Origin: Paragordius varius
Lineage: Eukaryota; Animalia; Nematomorpha
Assembly (NCBI GenBank): GCA_964247055.1
Contig: OZ176050.1
Location: forward strand, 7,006,001-7,070,000
Reading direction: 5' to 3'
Length of the DNA stretch: 64,000 nt
A program made the translations under genes and the position numbers. The stretch's first letter is position 1. Every line of letters starts with the position of its first letter. Of the stretch, positions 41,601 to 56,442 are shown piece by piece. Under the pieces are notes generated by a model that made no database searches, was not told the DNA's origin, and saw only the letters and a list, made by a program, of their open reading frames with translations.

Positions 41601-44600
41601 TATACAGTCAAACAAATTTTTTATGCGAAATATTTATATGAGCAGAACCTTATTTATCATTTTCTGTGCAAAATTTTTTCTGGAACTTTTCTGTGAGATG
41701 GCCACAATAGGCTTAGGATAATTAATTAAATAGAAAACCGTTTTCAAACCAGGAATAACCATAAAGCCCCTAAAATGAAAATGGCTTTAACCTAGGTCTT
41801 GGGATTTAAAGCGATGATTCCTATAAGAATAAACCCGATCCCAATTCAATTATTATCAAAAGGGATTCTTAATTTGCAAAAAAGCGTCTAACTGAGTTTA
41901 AAATTTTGGATTTTTTTCCATATCCTATTTTTAAGATAAATATAATATTACTAGCAATCAATTCATCTTTTCTGATCTATCATGATAGGCGGTTTCTTAC
42001 GCAAACACCCTATTGAAAATTATCTGTCTTAACAAATTCACCTTAACAATTGGTGGATTGAATAAGCACCTACCAACACCACATGGATGTGGTATTAATC
42101 TTTTAGGTATAAAAACTTATTTGACTTTACTGTATTATTATTATGAAAAAAGGACCTTTTTCTTGCTGTGATGTGGACGAAATCCCAATGCAAATGGTCT
42201 ATCCTTATCAGGTATGGCATTTTTGGCTCCAACACTAAAATGTAATTCCACATGCCACCTGTCCTCCGACCGTAAATCCTGTATTTTATGAAATTTAATA
42301 ATTTTTAAGATAGAATACTATGGAGACCATTAAAAAATATATAAAAAATCTATTTTGCCGAGTAATAATTAACACATGCATTAATATGAAAACTTTTAAA
42401 TAGAATTGCCCAGAACTATTGATAATCATGTATATCCGTAATTAATGTAAAAATTAAATTATTCACGTTATCCTAAAACATTAAAGAATATCGCCGATAT
42501 GCTCTATATCATGTAATATTTCCTTTTTACTATATTATTGAAAAGCGCTCCCATTTGTTTTATTATCTATCAGCGTTACCATTCTTGCATAGTTATAACA
42601 AAATAGAAAAGAAATATGAAAAGGGAAGTAATTTAAGTAGTTGTACAATAATTAAAAAATCTACAATTATTGAAAAAACTATCTATCGGGAAAAATTTAT
42701 TCGATTTTTCCAAATGGGAAATAGATTTTTTCGGGGATTACGAATATATTTGTAGCCATGAGCATGTTGATAAATTTTTGAATCTAGTTTTCCTAATCTA
42801 TCCGGTTAAAAACTGTTTGAATCGATTAAGGTCAAGCTAGAAGAGTCCAAAACCCTAGGAAAAGAACACAAACCGATGTCATTATTTACTTATTCGGAAT
42901 TAAAGACATGAAATGAGAAGAATAGTAAGTGTTAAAACAAAACATAAAAAATAAATAATTATTATGGAATTAGGATTTTCATCAATTTTTAAGACTAAAT
43001 TAAAGAAATTACCAGTGTGTTAATACCAAATATTTTTTTACATAATAATTTGAAAACTAATAAAAATATTTTAAGTAAAAAAAATAGTTTTACTTTGCTT
43101 GGATCTTCGTACAACATGATGACTATTTGTGTTATGTAATTTAGTTCGCTTATAGCTGAAATATATTCAATGGCCCTTTGCCATTGTAAATCACTTGCCT
43201 ATTAATGTTTAATATAGGATGTAATTAATCAAATTGTTTAAACCATTATACATCTGTAATGATGCAGAAAATAAAACCGGAATAGGTTTTTAGATCAATA
43301 TTTTGTCTAGTTTTAGTATTTTTTTAAAAAATATTCCCAAACTAAATGGTTCATCAGAATTTTTACGAAAAATATGTTTTTGGTCCATTGTTTTTTTCAT
43401 GAATGGTTATAATGTCGGTTCCATTTATAAAATTTACAGATAGCCTAATAATTATAATATAATAGTAATAAAGTACTAAAAAATATATCTACATTAACAT
43501 TACATTTATTGTGTGTTATTTCAAATGAAAAAATAATACATTTTTAAGGATAAGGTTAACATTACATTAAAAGATATATAAAAAATGAGAAAAAAACATA
43601 TTTTTGTAACCATTTTTGCAATAACAATAATATTTATGGTATCAGTTTAATACAGATTACTAACTACGCATTACTTAATTTATAGAAAATAAAGTTTTTA
43701 GGGAAAAAATATTTTTTGCCAACAATCATACCGGACAAAGTTTTCCCAATCGCAAAATAGTAAGTAACGAATGCGTATGGCTTTCACTCGTAAAATATAA
43801 TCGTGTTCGGACATGACGACCAGGGGACATAACACCATGTGAATAACTATAAAAGTAAATTAATTGCCCAAAATATTTTATGCATTTTTCAAGGTCATGC
43901 AAAAATTAATTAACCACGAAAACTATATATATATTAAAAAGAGTTGAATATAGTGTAAAATAACCAAAAAAAATGTAAAAAAACCGAGATGAAGAAAACA
44001 GTCATGGAGATTTAAAGAAAAGAAATATTAGTATTATTAAATGTGGTATCGATTGAATTATGGAGGAAAAATTAGACACTGATTAATCAACCTCCTGATT
44101 ATAAATATAATTCTACGAGTCCATCCAAGCGAAAAAAACGCATTTGAAACAGAGAAGTTACTTTGCATTTAAAAGGGTAATGTTTTCATCCTCAGGATGA
44201 CATTCATATCCCAGTTGCGAGGGCTCCAACGTGTGATTCAAATCATTCCGTATTTTGCGTAGCAATGGAGTGCATATGCTTTGGGCTATGACCCATTTTT
44301 CTTTCGCTGTAATTCCATATTCCTATTATGAATAAATATGTAATAAATAATAAATTATTTGATTTTTAGCGATGAATAAATATATATAATAAAAACATTG
44401 GTTAATTTGTTATATTTTCCATATTTATATTAAAATTTATGATTCTTTTAATATCGTTTTATATAGCAGCTATGGTCAATTAAATATAATTAATATAACC
44501 TAATAATGGAAATATGAATTTCAAATATATATACATTTATCTAAACTTTATATGTAAAGCATTTATCAAATAAATATCATTTCATCAGATATGAGTTAAT

Positions 44601-45942
44601 ATTTAATACTATAGTAATTTACAAATAATTTACTTATAAATTAACCCAAAATCTTATTAAAACAAACCTGAGGTATGACAATATCAGCCATAGCTTTGCT
44701 ACACAAAAATAATTCCTCAATCTTTGGAAAATCCAAGGATTGTGCATTATGGAGCATATCATATTTAGCTGAATCATATATGTCAGGAATCTTACTAATA
44801 TCGAATGTGAATGCATTACTCGCCCCCTGAACATTTTTGGCAGTTTGATTAACTTTATTTTTATTGGGCTGAATTGAGTTTGTGGTTTTATTTAATTTAT
44901 CGGAATTAGTTATACTAGCGGCACATGTTTTATCCTTGATGAGTTTGAAATCTTTCTCAAGTTTTGTCCATCTATTTTGAGGTGATAAAACGATATTTTG
45001 AGCGATCATTTTTATATCATTTGAAAAATTTTCCTCTCAAATTTTTTTAATTAATAACATTATTGCATATATAAAATAAATTTAAAAGATTTAAATATTG
45101 TGAAAAGTTAAAAAATGATTAATTTATAATAATTAGGATAATTACATATATTATGCTTATTTAAATAAATTGCAATAAAATAATTCGATAAAACGATATT
45201 ATTAAAAATAAAAACCGTCTAAACATAAGATCCCATGTTTCATCATGATATAGTCGGCATTTAGATTCTGTGCCTTGTGAATGTGGGGATTGAAACGCAT
45301 TCATGTGATTCTGCATATATTACATGGTTTTGAAAAAAACTCTAGTTTATTAATTTATTTTTAATTTTGTTGCGAATATCTTTTTACGCATCTTATTTAC
45401 TTATCTTTTCAGGGGGCGTGATGGTATAGTAGGTACGGCGTTCGAAATCTTGCACTGCGTGCCAGATTTCGAACGCCGAAACTACGCAATTTTTCCATCA
45501 TCACTGTCAACCCTAGGCAGGCGAGTGTTAAAGCCTTCACAAGTCCGGATACAATTTAAGTCCTTACCCTTTATAAAAAAGGAAAAAAGAGATAAACTGT
45601 ATTTAATTTACTAATCTTTTCATAATTTTTGTTTAAAGATTTTAAAATGTTAATTAACTCGGTAAAAATTATGTTAGTTGCAACATATTCTTATCACAAT
45701 TAAGCGAAAAAAATCAATTTTATATATATATATATATACAAAATATGTTAATCACAAAATGTCGACTCACATAAATTAAAAAAATATTTTGTGGGATTAA
45801 ATTAATTGATAAAATGCGGGAAATAAACTTATCACAAAACTGCATTGTATTGTACATAAAAATTCAAGTATTTTGATAAACAATATAAAAACAGATATAT
45901 TAATTGTTTAAACAAACTGCTTATCACATTTTACTAACAAAC

Positions 45943-45975
<33 letters not shown>

Positions 45976-48900
45976 ATAATATTTTACCCGAATGACAAAC
46001 ACCAATTCTCTAATGAGTTCATCCAAATGCATACACATACGGAAAGGATTTTTGACAAAATTTATGGCTTTCACCAAACTTTTTGATTTAGTCGGGATGA
46101 GTTCACACAGTATGGCTTCATTCAAGCTTTGCATCAGTAAAAATTTAAAAAATAAGGAAAAAACTTATTTTCTAAGAATCATGTTTTTGATTATTTTTTT
46201 GCTTTATAAAACAACTTGATTACAATTGTAAAACGCTGTATTCTTTATTTTACAACCCAAAGCTATAGGGAAAAAAATACAAGGTTAAAATTTGATTTAA
46301 TATTTTTACTGTATATCTTGATCCAGGTTAAGCAATTCATTTAATTTGTGTTTAGCTCGTTTCATATATTTGTTTTGCAAGCCACGTAAATCAATGGTAG
46401 GACAATTATTATTATTGTTGTTATATATGGGATGTTGTTCTAACACAGAGCAAGTTGAGGAAAGTGATGTATAAGATGTACTTATGTTACTTTTATTCAT
46501 ATTAATGTTGCCTTGATTGTTTAATGAATTACATGATGTGTGGGAGGTGGCTGTATTACTGCAATCATTGGATAAACTTGGTGTATTGGATGATACATGA
46601 GTTGACTAATTAGTGTGGTTTATTATAAAAAAATTGCGTTAATAAAAAATTATTTATTTTATCAATAAAATATATTATGAGTATCAACTCAAGAATTTCA
46701 TAAGTGATTCAGAATGGTAAAATTAAGTTGGCACAACGGATGAAACCTTTTTGTTAACAAATAATATATTTTATTTACAAAACTAATTATTATTTAATCA
46801 AAATTAGTATCTGTTAACCTTAAAAATTCATATATATTTTGCACCAATTTGATTTTATCATTATTATAATGTGTATTTTTAAAGAAGGCTAAATTTAAAT
46901 TAAAAAAAAATTGTGTGGAAATTAATCAATCCCCTTTTCACAAACTAATTTAATTAAAAACACTTAGCAAAATAAATTACGTTATAAAAGTACAGTGATA
47001 TAAAAAAATCAGGTTAATAAAAATTAAACTTTAAATTTAAAAAAACTAACTAAGCTTTAAATTATGAATGTAATATTACTTTTGTCGGGTTAGAATAGGA
47101 AGATGATTCATATGTATGATCCAAAAGACCATTTATATTGGCACTTTTAACCATTTGAACCAAGATTGGGGTAAGTTCACCTTCCAACGCTAAAAATCCC
47201 TGATAAAAATGAATATCACATTATTTTGTAACATAGATACAGAATGGATTTAAGCCTAGCCTTTAGAAAAATAGTGAATATTTAATCATTATTTCACCAC
47301 TTTTAAAAGATATATTTAGCATAAATAATGGTAATTACATAAAAAAAGTATTATGGTTTTAAACAGCTTTTACTTTTTTCATTAATCACAGTGTAAACAC
47401 GTATCAATAAATATTGTTTGTAAAATAATATTATATAATATTTAGTGATATATTCATCATTTAAAATGTATAAAGGACTAATAAATTATTTTATGAAAAA
47501 AATAAATTTAAATAAATTTGCTTCTCTCATACTTTTGCAAAAGCCGCGGCGGTCATTTGAACACGGCCCTCATCGGAAGCATAAATTTTGAGATCATGGC
47601 GATATGTGCTGTGTAATCGAAGCAAACCGCAACCCAGGTCAGATCCTCCTTTAACTATATTTTTTAAATAAAGTTAATAAGTATAAAATAAAATTAGGAT
47701 TTATCAGCAAAAAATTAATTTGGATAATATCCACAGTCATATCCATAAACATCATCTCTATAATATAGTAAATTTCGTATTTATTAATCAATATTTAACG
47801 AAAACTAAAATACCACCACGTCATTTTTTTAAATAATCGTAAAGTTATTTTTTAAAACGATTCCGATTTGAAACGAAATCAGTAATATTGTTGTCTACTA
47901 GTGTATTTTAAATTTGCCATTTTGAAATATAAATTAGTATTTCCCAAACAAATATATTACCTAATCTAAATCGTGTTAAACCAATTAACGGATGTTATAA
48001 ACGAATTCTAAAAAAATTTTAAAAAATATAATATATAAATATACCTGCCCTTCCACCTGGATACATGCAGCGAAATGCTTTACCAAGTTCCTCAGCCTGC
48101 TGTCTTCCGGTTTGCGTTAACTCACCACCCCATTTCAATATGAAAAATAAGGAAGGACCTTGATCTTTGGCCCGTGATTTTGCATCTTGTAAAAGTTTGA
48201 TAAATTACATAAGTAGTCTTACTTAAAATAATTTTTTGTGGGCAAGTTATTATGAAATTTAATTAAGGCAAAATATATTATATTGTCACCTATCATTTTA
48301 AATCCATCAATTTTATATGGTTGGAAGATAAAAATATTTTGAAAGACGACGTAATCACAACAAAACATTTAAAATAACTAAAACATATAGGCCCATAATC
48401 TCCACAAACATTTTTGTTATACGGAAAGTAAAACAAATCAAATATCAAAACTCTGTTTCCAGATTAAAAACCCCCTGGAATTTACATAAATCCAAATTTA
48501 CCTTGCAAATTCAAGGGATTCGTAAAATTGGTTGCAGAATTTCGGACAACATTTTCAGTGACATCTGTTGTAGTGGTACCATCTCCAGGAGAATTTGCAT
48601 TTGAATAACCATGTGGTTGATATTTGATTTGCACTTTGCGGTTTATGCCACTAAAATGCCCATACATTTCCAACACCTAATGAATTGTAAGTAAAGCACA
48701 GTTTAAGGAGGACTTTTTTTTGTTAGACATTTGTGACATTTTTTATAAATCACAATTTTATTATTATTATAAAAAAACCCGATTCTAACAGTTCAATAAT
48801 CATAAAATTATTTTAATTAATGATATTATAAACATTACTATGATATATAATTTAGGATAAAAACGCTTATAATATATATGATATATTCGATCCGTAATAA

Positions 48901-51900
48901 TTTTATAATTTACCTTTTGTAAAGTTTTATCAATCAATATAAAATATTTCGAAGTAGTCAAATTTTTTTAAACATTTGCTGTTTTCGAAGATTTTTTCTA
49001 CTTATATAGGAGCACAAAAAGCGTTTATTGCATTTCTATGCCGACTAGTGGACCAAATATTATAATTAAATAATATGATTTTTTGTGAAATATTTTTGTA
49101 AAAGGAGTTTGTTTATTTTTTTATAATTACCTGTTTAAGCTGTTCCAATTTATTTGGATTTTCTTCAATTTCGTCATCATTTTCTCCCAATTGTGTCGCG
49201 TCATGATTAATGGCTTTGATGTTTGTCAGAGTTTCTAAAACATATTAGGCATCCCAATTTTATGCAACAATATAGTAAGATTTGGTAAAAATAATTTTAT
49301 TTCAAATACAAATTATAAAATTTTTACGTTGAACTACTAACATTAAAATATATATAAGTGGAGTTATTTAAATTTAGCAATAATTGGATATTTAAAACAT
49401 AAATATTCGATTAATAATCTTTGCCAAATGTAATAAAAAATATACTAAATTAGAAAAAAAATTAGAGAAAATTAAAAATTTAAAATTATTTTCACATGCA
49501 TTTTGGCAGAATGCAAATTGTATTTAACATATATTTCCTGGTTTGATTAATTAAGGATAAAAAATTTGATAGCTGTCAACTTAGGGTTAAAGAGATGTCA
49601 ATAATTTAGGAAAATAGATATATTTTAAAATACGTATATATCTTTAATTATTTTTATATATTTAAATTTTATTATAAAATATACCATAATTATCAACAGT
49701 TGGAAACTGGAAAGTGTTGATATGGTTACCATTTGTAGCTATATATTAAATACAATAATTTTAAAAAGGCCAATTTTATATAGGCTCCCTTTTTTAAAAA
49801 ATAGCAATAATGCCAAATCGTATTGGAATCATTGTCGGTGTTAAAATCAGTAGTTTATTTCGGTTTAAAATTATAAATTAAGCGCAAATACTTTAATATT
49901 AAATATTTATATATCTTTAATTAAGTGTTTTTTTTCATAAAAAAATCATATACATGGTAATATACTTTCGTTTGCGCTAATAATTTTTTTCGTTATCTTG
50001 TGAATTTGTTGCTTTTTATACTGATCTATGAGATAGCGTGTAATATCCAAAATTTCCTAAAAATTAAGCAAAAATATTTTACTTGCAACTGTTTAGGCTT
50101 CTTCAACTTTAATTCGCCAGTCCGATATCCATCATATTTGGCAAAAAGATCAAAAAATCTGTATATTAATAAATTATTGTTTTTGTATATTCATAAATAT
50201 ATTCAGAAAACAAAAATTGGCATACCAACAAAATCTTATATATATATATATATATATATCCGTTAAAAAAATATATTATGGTAAAAATATCATCAGAATT
50301 TTATGTAAAATATTTGAATATATATATATTAACTTTAATATAATATGTCTGTAACATTTAAAAGAATTATTTAAAATTCATTTCATTTAACTTAATATGT
50401 AAAAAAGGCGAGATAAAAATATAAGAGATAGGAGTAAGTAACCTTTGGTGTTTAACTTCCATTTTAAGTTTTTGTTTTGGGGTACGATCGGCATGACGAA
50501 TAACAGCAACAGCACACCTTAATTCCATCCTTTCATATAATATAATTTTTAATTTACAGATATTAAAATACTCAAACAATTTATTGAAACAAATTCTGCT
50601 TAATAGTGTTTTTTACCTGTGAATAGGCAAAAGCTTTAAATATCGAAAATTTATCATCATTTAATATATTTTATGAATAAGAGAATTTTCTGTGCTCCAA
50701 AACATTTTCAATGTTCTAGTTATTGCTTAACAAACTTTTATAGGAATTAGGGGATATTTTTAAAATAATTCAACGGTAAAAATTTGGATTTAATAAATAA
50801 TCATTTGAAACTGTTTGTGTAAAGTTATAACAACACATTTTAAAATATAGCCATTTTTCATCGCAGTTGACAAAAAAAACTTTAAAAATTTTCCGATTTA
50901 ATTTTGTTAAATAAAATTAAGGTATACATTCGTCCGTATGTTGTGGGCATGATTGGTGGATCGTCCAATTGATAAGGTATACTCCAAGGAATGTGAAGAG
51001 TAGGTGCAAGTTCTCTCATGATAAAATTTCTAAAAATTAAGAAAAGCAATATAAAATAACTATTGGAAACATAAAGTTAAGGCTATATAAATAATTTTTA
51101 GTAATAAAAGTACTAATGAGACAAAAGGCATATATATTTTATAATATGGTAAAATTGGTAGAATTAAGCATTGAAAATTATATTTATTAGAATTAAGCTT
51201 TTAATAGTGCATAACTAAATTCTATCAATACAAATATTAAAATTTCATGATCAAAAAAAATCATAGCAATACATATACAAAAATGTTATTAATTTATGAC
51301 TAATACATGATTAAAGTATTTTTGAACTTTATGAAGACTGATTAATTTACTTTTAAATTATTCTTAAAACTACTTACCCTAATATCATTGCACAATCATC
51401 ATAATATTTCCGTGAGTTTTTCACGAATGAAAATCCATTGACATCACAGACGAACGATTTTCCATTGGCGCGTAAGAGATCGAAACCGCAAACCAGTTGC
51501 TAAATAACACGATATATACATCATGTGTAGAACTTAAAATTATTTTCAACAATGATTGTTCTTCCAGATTTTAATAATCAAACAATAGGTTAAAAGTAGA
51601 ATAATCTCAACAATACTATTTAAACCTATATTAACTTCTTGAAAGTACTTACCAGCGAAAATTCTAATCAATCCCTTAAAAAACATTTTATATCTGACAA
51701 TGTGATCTGTTGGTCTCTAAATGTTGCTAAATCTTCGCGTTCTATTTATATATATAGATTTTGTTTTCGAACGGTGTAGACGATAATAATTAATTAAATA
51801 TATAGTATATATATTTTCACAACATAAACCAATTTCGTTTTCATATATAAAAACTAAACAAAGTTTGTGAATTTTAATAAATTGGTATATTTTTATTTTA

Positions 51901-54900
51901 AATTAATTGTTAAAATATTTTATTTGAAAAAATATTATGATAAGAAACGCTTGATTTCAACAGTTATGGATGGAGAATTGGTAAAAAAATGGCTGAATTG
52001 CTGAATATTAACTATAATATTTTATCATTTAGCGATTCCTATTCTACTTCTGATGTCGGTGCTGTTGTTAGTCGTATTATAAGACTGCCTAAATAAATGT
52101 ATTGTGAAACTATTTCAATTTTTCAGTTGTCAAAAGATAAGTTGTAATGATTCTGAGCGTTTATATCAATAATTTTAGTTTTTTTTGTAGTTAATCGTCA
52201 GACCGAATTTTTGACATTCAGTCAAAAATTCTGTTAAGAGTTTTTTAGGTTGTCCACTGAATTTGACAGCAGTATAGTGTCGTAGTCTTATAAATACGAC
52301 TAACAAAAGCGCCCCCGACATCAGAAGAAGTATAGGAATCGCTAAATCAAAAATGATAAAATATAATAAACTATGGTCGTCACACGACATCAAACTTAAA
52401 ACAAAAATTCGATTAGTTAAATCCCTAATATATTATAAGCTATACGCTTCAGAAAGTTGGACAAAAAATGACAAAAGATACATTAACGCCTTCGAAATGT
52501 GGTGCTGGCGGAAGATACTACAAATCACATGGAAAGACAAAGTAAAGAACACTGTAATCCTTGACAAAATAAATCCCGAGATACGCTTGTTCGGCATGTG
52601 CCTCAAAATGAAATTATCATACTTTGGTCACATTACCAGAGCTAATGACTTGGAATTCCAACTAATGCCAGGCAAGGTCGAAGGATCCAGGAAACGTGGA
52701 CGCTGCAAGATGCGCTGGATCGAAAACCTAACCAAAGAAACCAATCTTTCTTTACAACAGCTAACAGCACTCGCTTACAATCGAAAAAACTGGAGAAAAA
52801 TACCTTCGAAAAAGCAATTTGCTATAATAATAATAATAAACTATAATACAGCCAAATCATTTTATAAGGTATAAAAATCTAAAACCAACATATGAAGAGG
52901 AGGAAAGAGATGAAAAATTTATAATCGTATAACTTTAGTTAAAGAGAATGTTAAAAATCCATCCAAGCATTCTAGAATCTCTTAAAAATTAATGAATTAA
53001 ATACTCGCTCTTGAAGCATTATTCAAAATAATATCTTGCGATGACAATGAAAAAAACTTATTCGAAATAAGCTAAATATATGATCCGGACACAATCAGGA
53101 ATAGAAGCATATGCAATTTGGTTCACAAAAAAATATTGATTTATGTTCATTAATAAGTGCGGACACAATCATGATATGATAAATGTTGAGAAAAAGGGAA
53201 ATTTTATCTAAACAAAAAGGGATAAACATAAATATCTTGTTGTTCTGGGGTGTTGGCATGGGAATTCGCCATTATATGGCGGTACTCCATTGAGAGCATT
53301 TCTCTAATCCTTTTCTCAATATGAAGAAATAAAAGAAGGATTTTTTTGGAAAATAAATCTGATAAGTAACGGTTTTTCACGCTAAAAATTTTAATAAATC
53401 ATATAATCCAAACACGGCGTCAAATGTTAAAGGCTTTGCAATAGTGATTAAATGATGCGGAAAGGCGAACACGAATAGTTAATTTTATTTTATACAATAC
53501 ACTTTTTCATATGTATATCATTAAATAATTATTTTTGCACATAAAATGTTTAATTTATGTGTATTAAATCCTTACCATATCTTCAAAAAGCACAACTATT
53601 ATTTTTATAAAATGACTAGCATAAATGATTTTTGCGAAACAAATCAATAATTTTTCGGAAAATTTATAAATAAAGATTTAAATCAAATAGGGTATATTAA
53701 TCTCCAAAAAAATTCATTTTAAATTTGTTATAACCAAAATTAAATATTTATCTCTTTTAACAAGCGCTATAATTTGCAATTACTTTTTACATACATAAAG
53801 TTTCACAGCTATTTCCAATTAGGTGTGTTTAATATATTGTGTATGTTGCAATTAAGGGAGAATAATACAGTCATATATGTTTATAAATGTCAAACATACG
53901 TTTTTAATTGATTTTTCTTTGTTTTTGTTACCAATAAATAGGCTATTATTATTTTAAGGCTGAAAAATGGGTATGTTGAAGGTTGACATATCAAACATCA
54001 TAACAATTAAAAACAAAGTAAAATCAATTAAAAACGTATGTTTGACATTTATAAAAATACATGACTGTAAAACATTTATCATAAAATGAATGGAATGAAA
54101 ATTTACCTTAAAAGCTAAACAAACTTTGCGTGCAATTAATTTTTCACGGCCATTAAGGATAACCGGATACCGAACCTCCTTACCATCCAAATCCCGTTCA
54201 ACTTTCCCATCTAAAGCCGGAGATTTCCGGGCCTCGGCATGGGCATAATCGGGACCCACAGTGTAGACTTTAACGTCAGTCCCATCGGTTGGCATAAATT
54301 CTTCGTATATGTATGATCCGCTCTAAATAACATACCAATCAATAAAAAATAAGTATGTATTAAAACAAATTGAATGCAAATCTAAATTATTTCCTGTGTG
54401 ATTTATAATTTGCTAGTTAATAAGGTTACTACACTCTTGGCCTGATAAATCTACACGATTTGGAATTTTCCCTAGCGCTCAAATTTTAAAAAAATTTGGC
54501 TCTAAACATTTTTTTTCTCTTTTCCATCAAAAGATGCTTAAATTTCTAATTTAATTTCAAAACAGAAAAAATTCCAAATTTTGGACGTTAATTTAGTTTT
54601 TAATAATCATATTGGGTTTTATTTTCGCATATTTGCATCTTATAATGCTCTCACAAACTATGCATTTTATTATACGCCCGTTACAATATATCTCAGTTTC
54701 TATTTACAAACAATGGGTTGCTAAGTTTCAAACAGTTAGAATTGCGCTATTATATAAGGCCAAAAATGTCTCGGTATGTAAGCTAAAAAATATATTCCTG
54801 CCAAATAGATAATAATAATTCGTTTATCTTTGTACAATGTCATATTAAAAACAATAATGATGTCGCCCAGATATTTTTGTACAAATATATATGTGCGGTC

Positions 54901-56393
54901 CAACTTGTAGATAAAATGCTTTCTTGCCCTGTCTTTTAAAACACTATCCTTGGTTATAAAATAAAAGCGCCTTAATAAACTACCGGTTAATGATCATTAT
55001 AAAAAAAGCCTAGTTAATTTTAAACGCGAATAAAAACACAACATGTTTAAGACAGAGATGAAATTGCCTTATGCAGATGCAATTTATGGGATTTCCAACC
55101 TGATGATACATTAAAAGGTGATAAAAATGATGGATAAAGAACACTATTCTATTATTGCGATTTGGATTTAAATAACCAATCAATAAACATCATATAGAGT
55201 TTACACTCAAGTTAAATATGAATTAAATATAACTAAAAATAATTTCCTAATACCCTCTTTTCAATCATCAAAACTCCATAAGGTAATTTCAGATGTTTGG
55301 ATTATATACAATATAGACTACCAAAAAAACTAACAATCAGTTTTATTTATACATGTGCGACTTGAGAACGGTTAAAATAGAAGGATAAAAATTTCGATAT
55401 TAAGGTTAATTAAGCGCTTCATTAAAAAGAAATTATATAAAATATCTAATCTTCTAGTCAAAGCGAAACAACAATTTTAATGTATATAAAGATTATTATG
55501 ATTCGTATTAATCAATATGGAGGTGGGCTGAGAAGTATCATGTAAAATATATGGTAAAAACATATTGTGATGGTATAGCATAAAAAAGAATAACTTTTTG
55601 CGACTAAATAAAATATGGAGGAATGAGAATCCTGCCAGCACAATTATTAATTTAATAAATCCAAAAAAATTTAATATTTACATGCATTATTGATAAATAT
55701 ATGGTTAAATATTTATATTATATAAATATAGAAAACCTTGCGGACTGCGCTAACACTAGAATAAACACTGGATCGACTACCGATTTTTCGGAAAAGGCGT
55801 TGACTTCCTCCGCCGGCAGACTCCGGATAGTAAATATATATGTTATGATCTTCTGCGTTAACTGGTTTTTCTACAAAGGGTTTATTGAAGACTCGTCCAT
55901 TAATCTCAATGTGATCCTCACTTTCGACCAAATTAATGGTTTCTGTATATTAGAAACCTAAAATATACCATTTTTTGAATCTCTGTCTAACACAGCATAA
56001 CGAGGCATCTCTAATCCTTCATTTTCTAAAATTTTGTAAACTTCTCGCCTAAAATAAAACACAATCTTTACCGGTCCATTAATTTATACTGCATAGACAA
56101 ATTATTAATAATCAGAGGATTGCGGTATTTTGCGTATTCAATGGCCTTTTCTAACCGAAAACCAGCAGAATGAAAAGAAATTAAACAATCAACCACAGGC
56201 CAATCCTCTATTGGTTCATTTAATATATCATTTTGGGATATAATCTATAAATTTTAAATTAATATACAAGTGTGCTTATATATTCAAATTTATCCAATCG
56301 TTTTAGTATTTCAAACATCGGCTTAGACCTAGATTTTTTCTCCATAGCACACACTCCAACCAGAATGTGCTTTTTATCGGAGTTTTTAACCAT
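38607..56393 (-). CDS. PPIP5K: Inositol hexakisphosphate/diphosphoinositol-pentakisphosphate kinase (Vip1/PPIP5K), kinase plus histidine-phosphatase-like domain, more than 25 exons
   Basis: Collinear exons: [177 protein letters not shown], then stop at 38607. Confidence 0.96.
45412..45590 (+). mobile_element. tRNA-derived SINE candidate with CORE-like segment, in a PPIP5K intron
   Basis: GC-rich island: GGGGGCGTGATGGTATAGTAGGTA (A-box), TTCGAA B-box-like motifs, then CTGTCAACCCTAGGCAGG resembling the CORE-SINE CTGTGTGACCTTGGGCAAG, and an A-rich tail. Confidence 0.5.
52021..52910 (+). mobile_element. RTE-clade LINE 3' fragment with inverted 5' part, in a PPIP5K intron
   Basis: Plus strand 52285-52800: [54 protein letters not shown]. 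Minus strand 52284-52021: [25 protein letters not shown]. Confidence 0.9.
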
Positions 56394-56442
56394 TTCATCT
56401 GAGATTATGAAATCATTCCTAACCACTCGGTGACATATGTCT

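Noticed and set aside
45412-45490. Functional tRNA gene
   Set aside because: The first 24 nt are tRNA-like, but no acceptor stem or proper anticodon arm can be formed.
50490-50512. RHADRTP instead of RHGDRTP as a dead PPIP5K phosphatase
   Set aside because: RHADR is the form recalled for fungal Vip1/Asp1, so it falls within normal variation.
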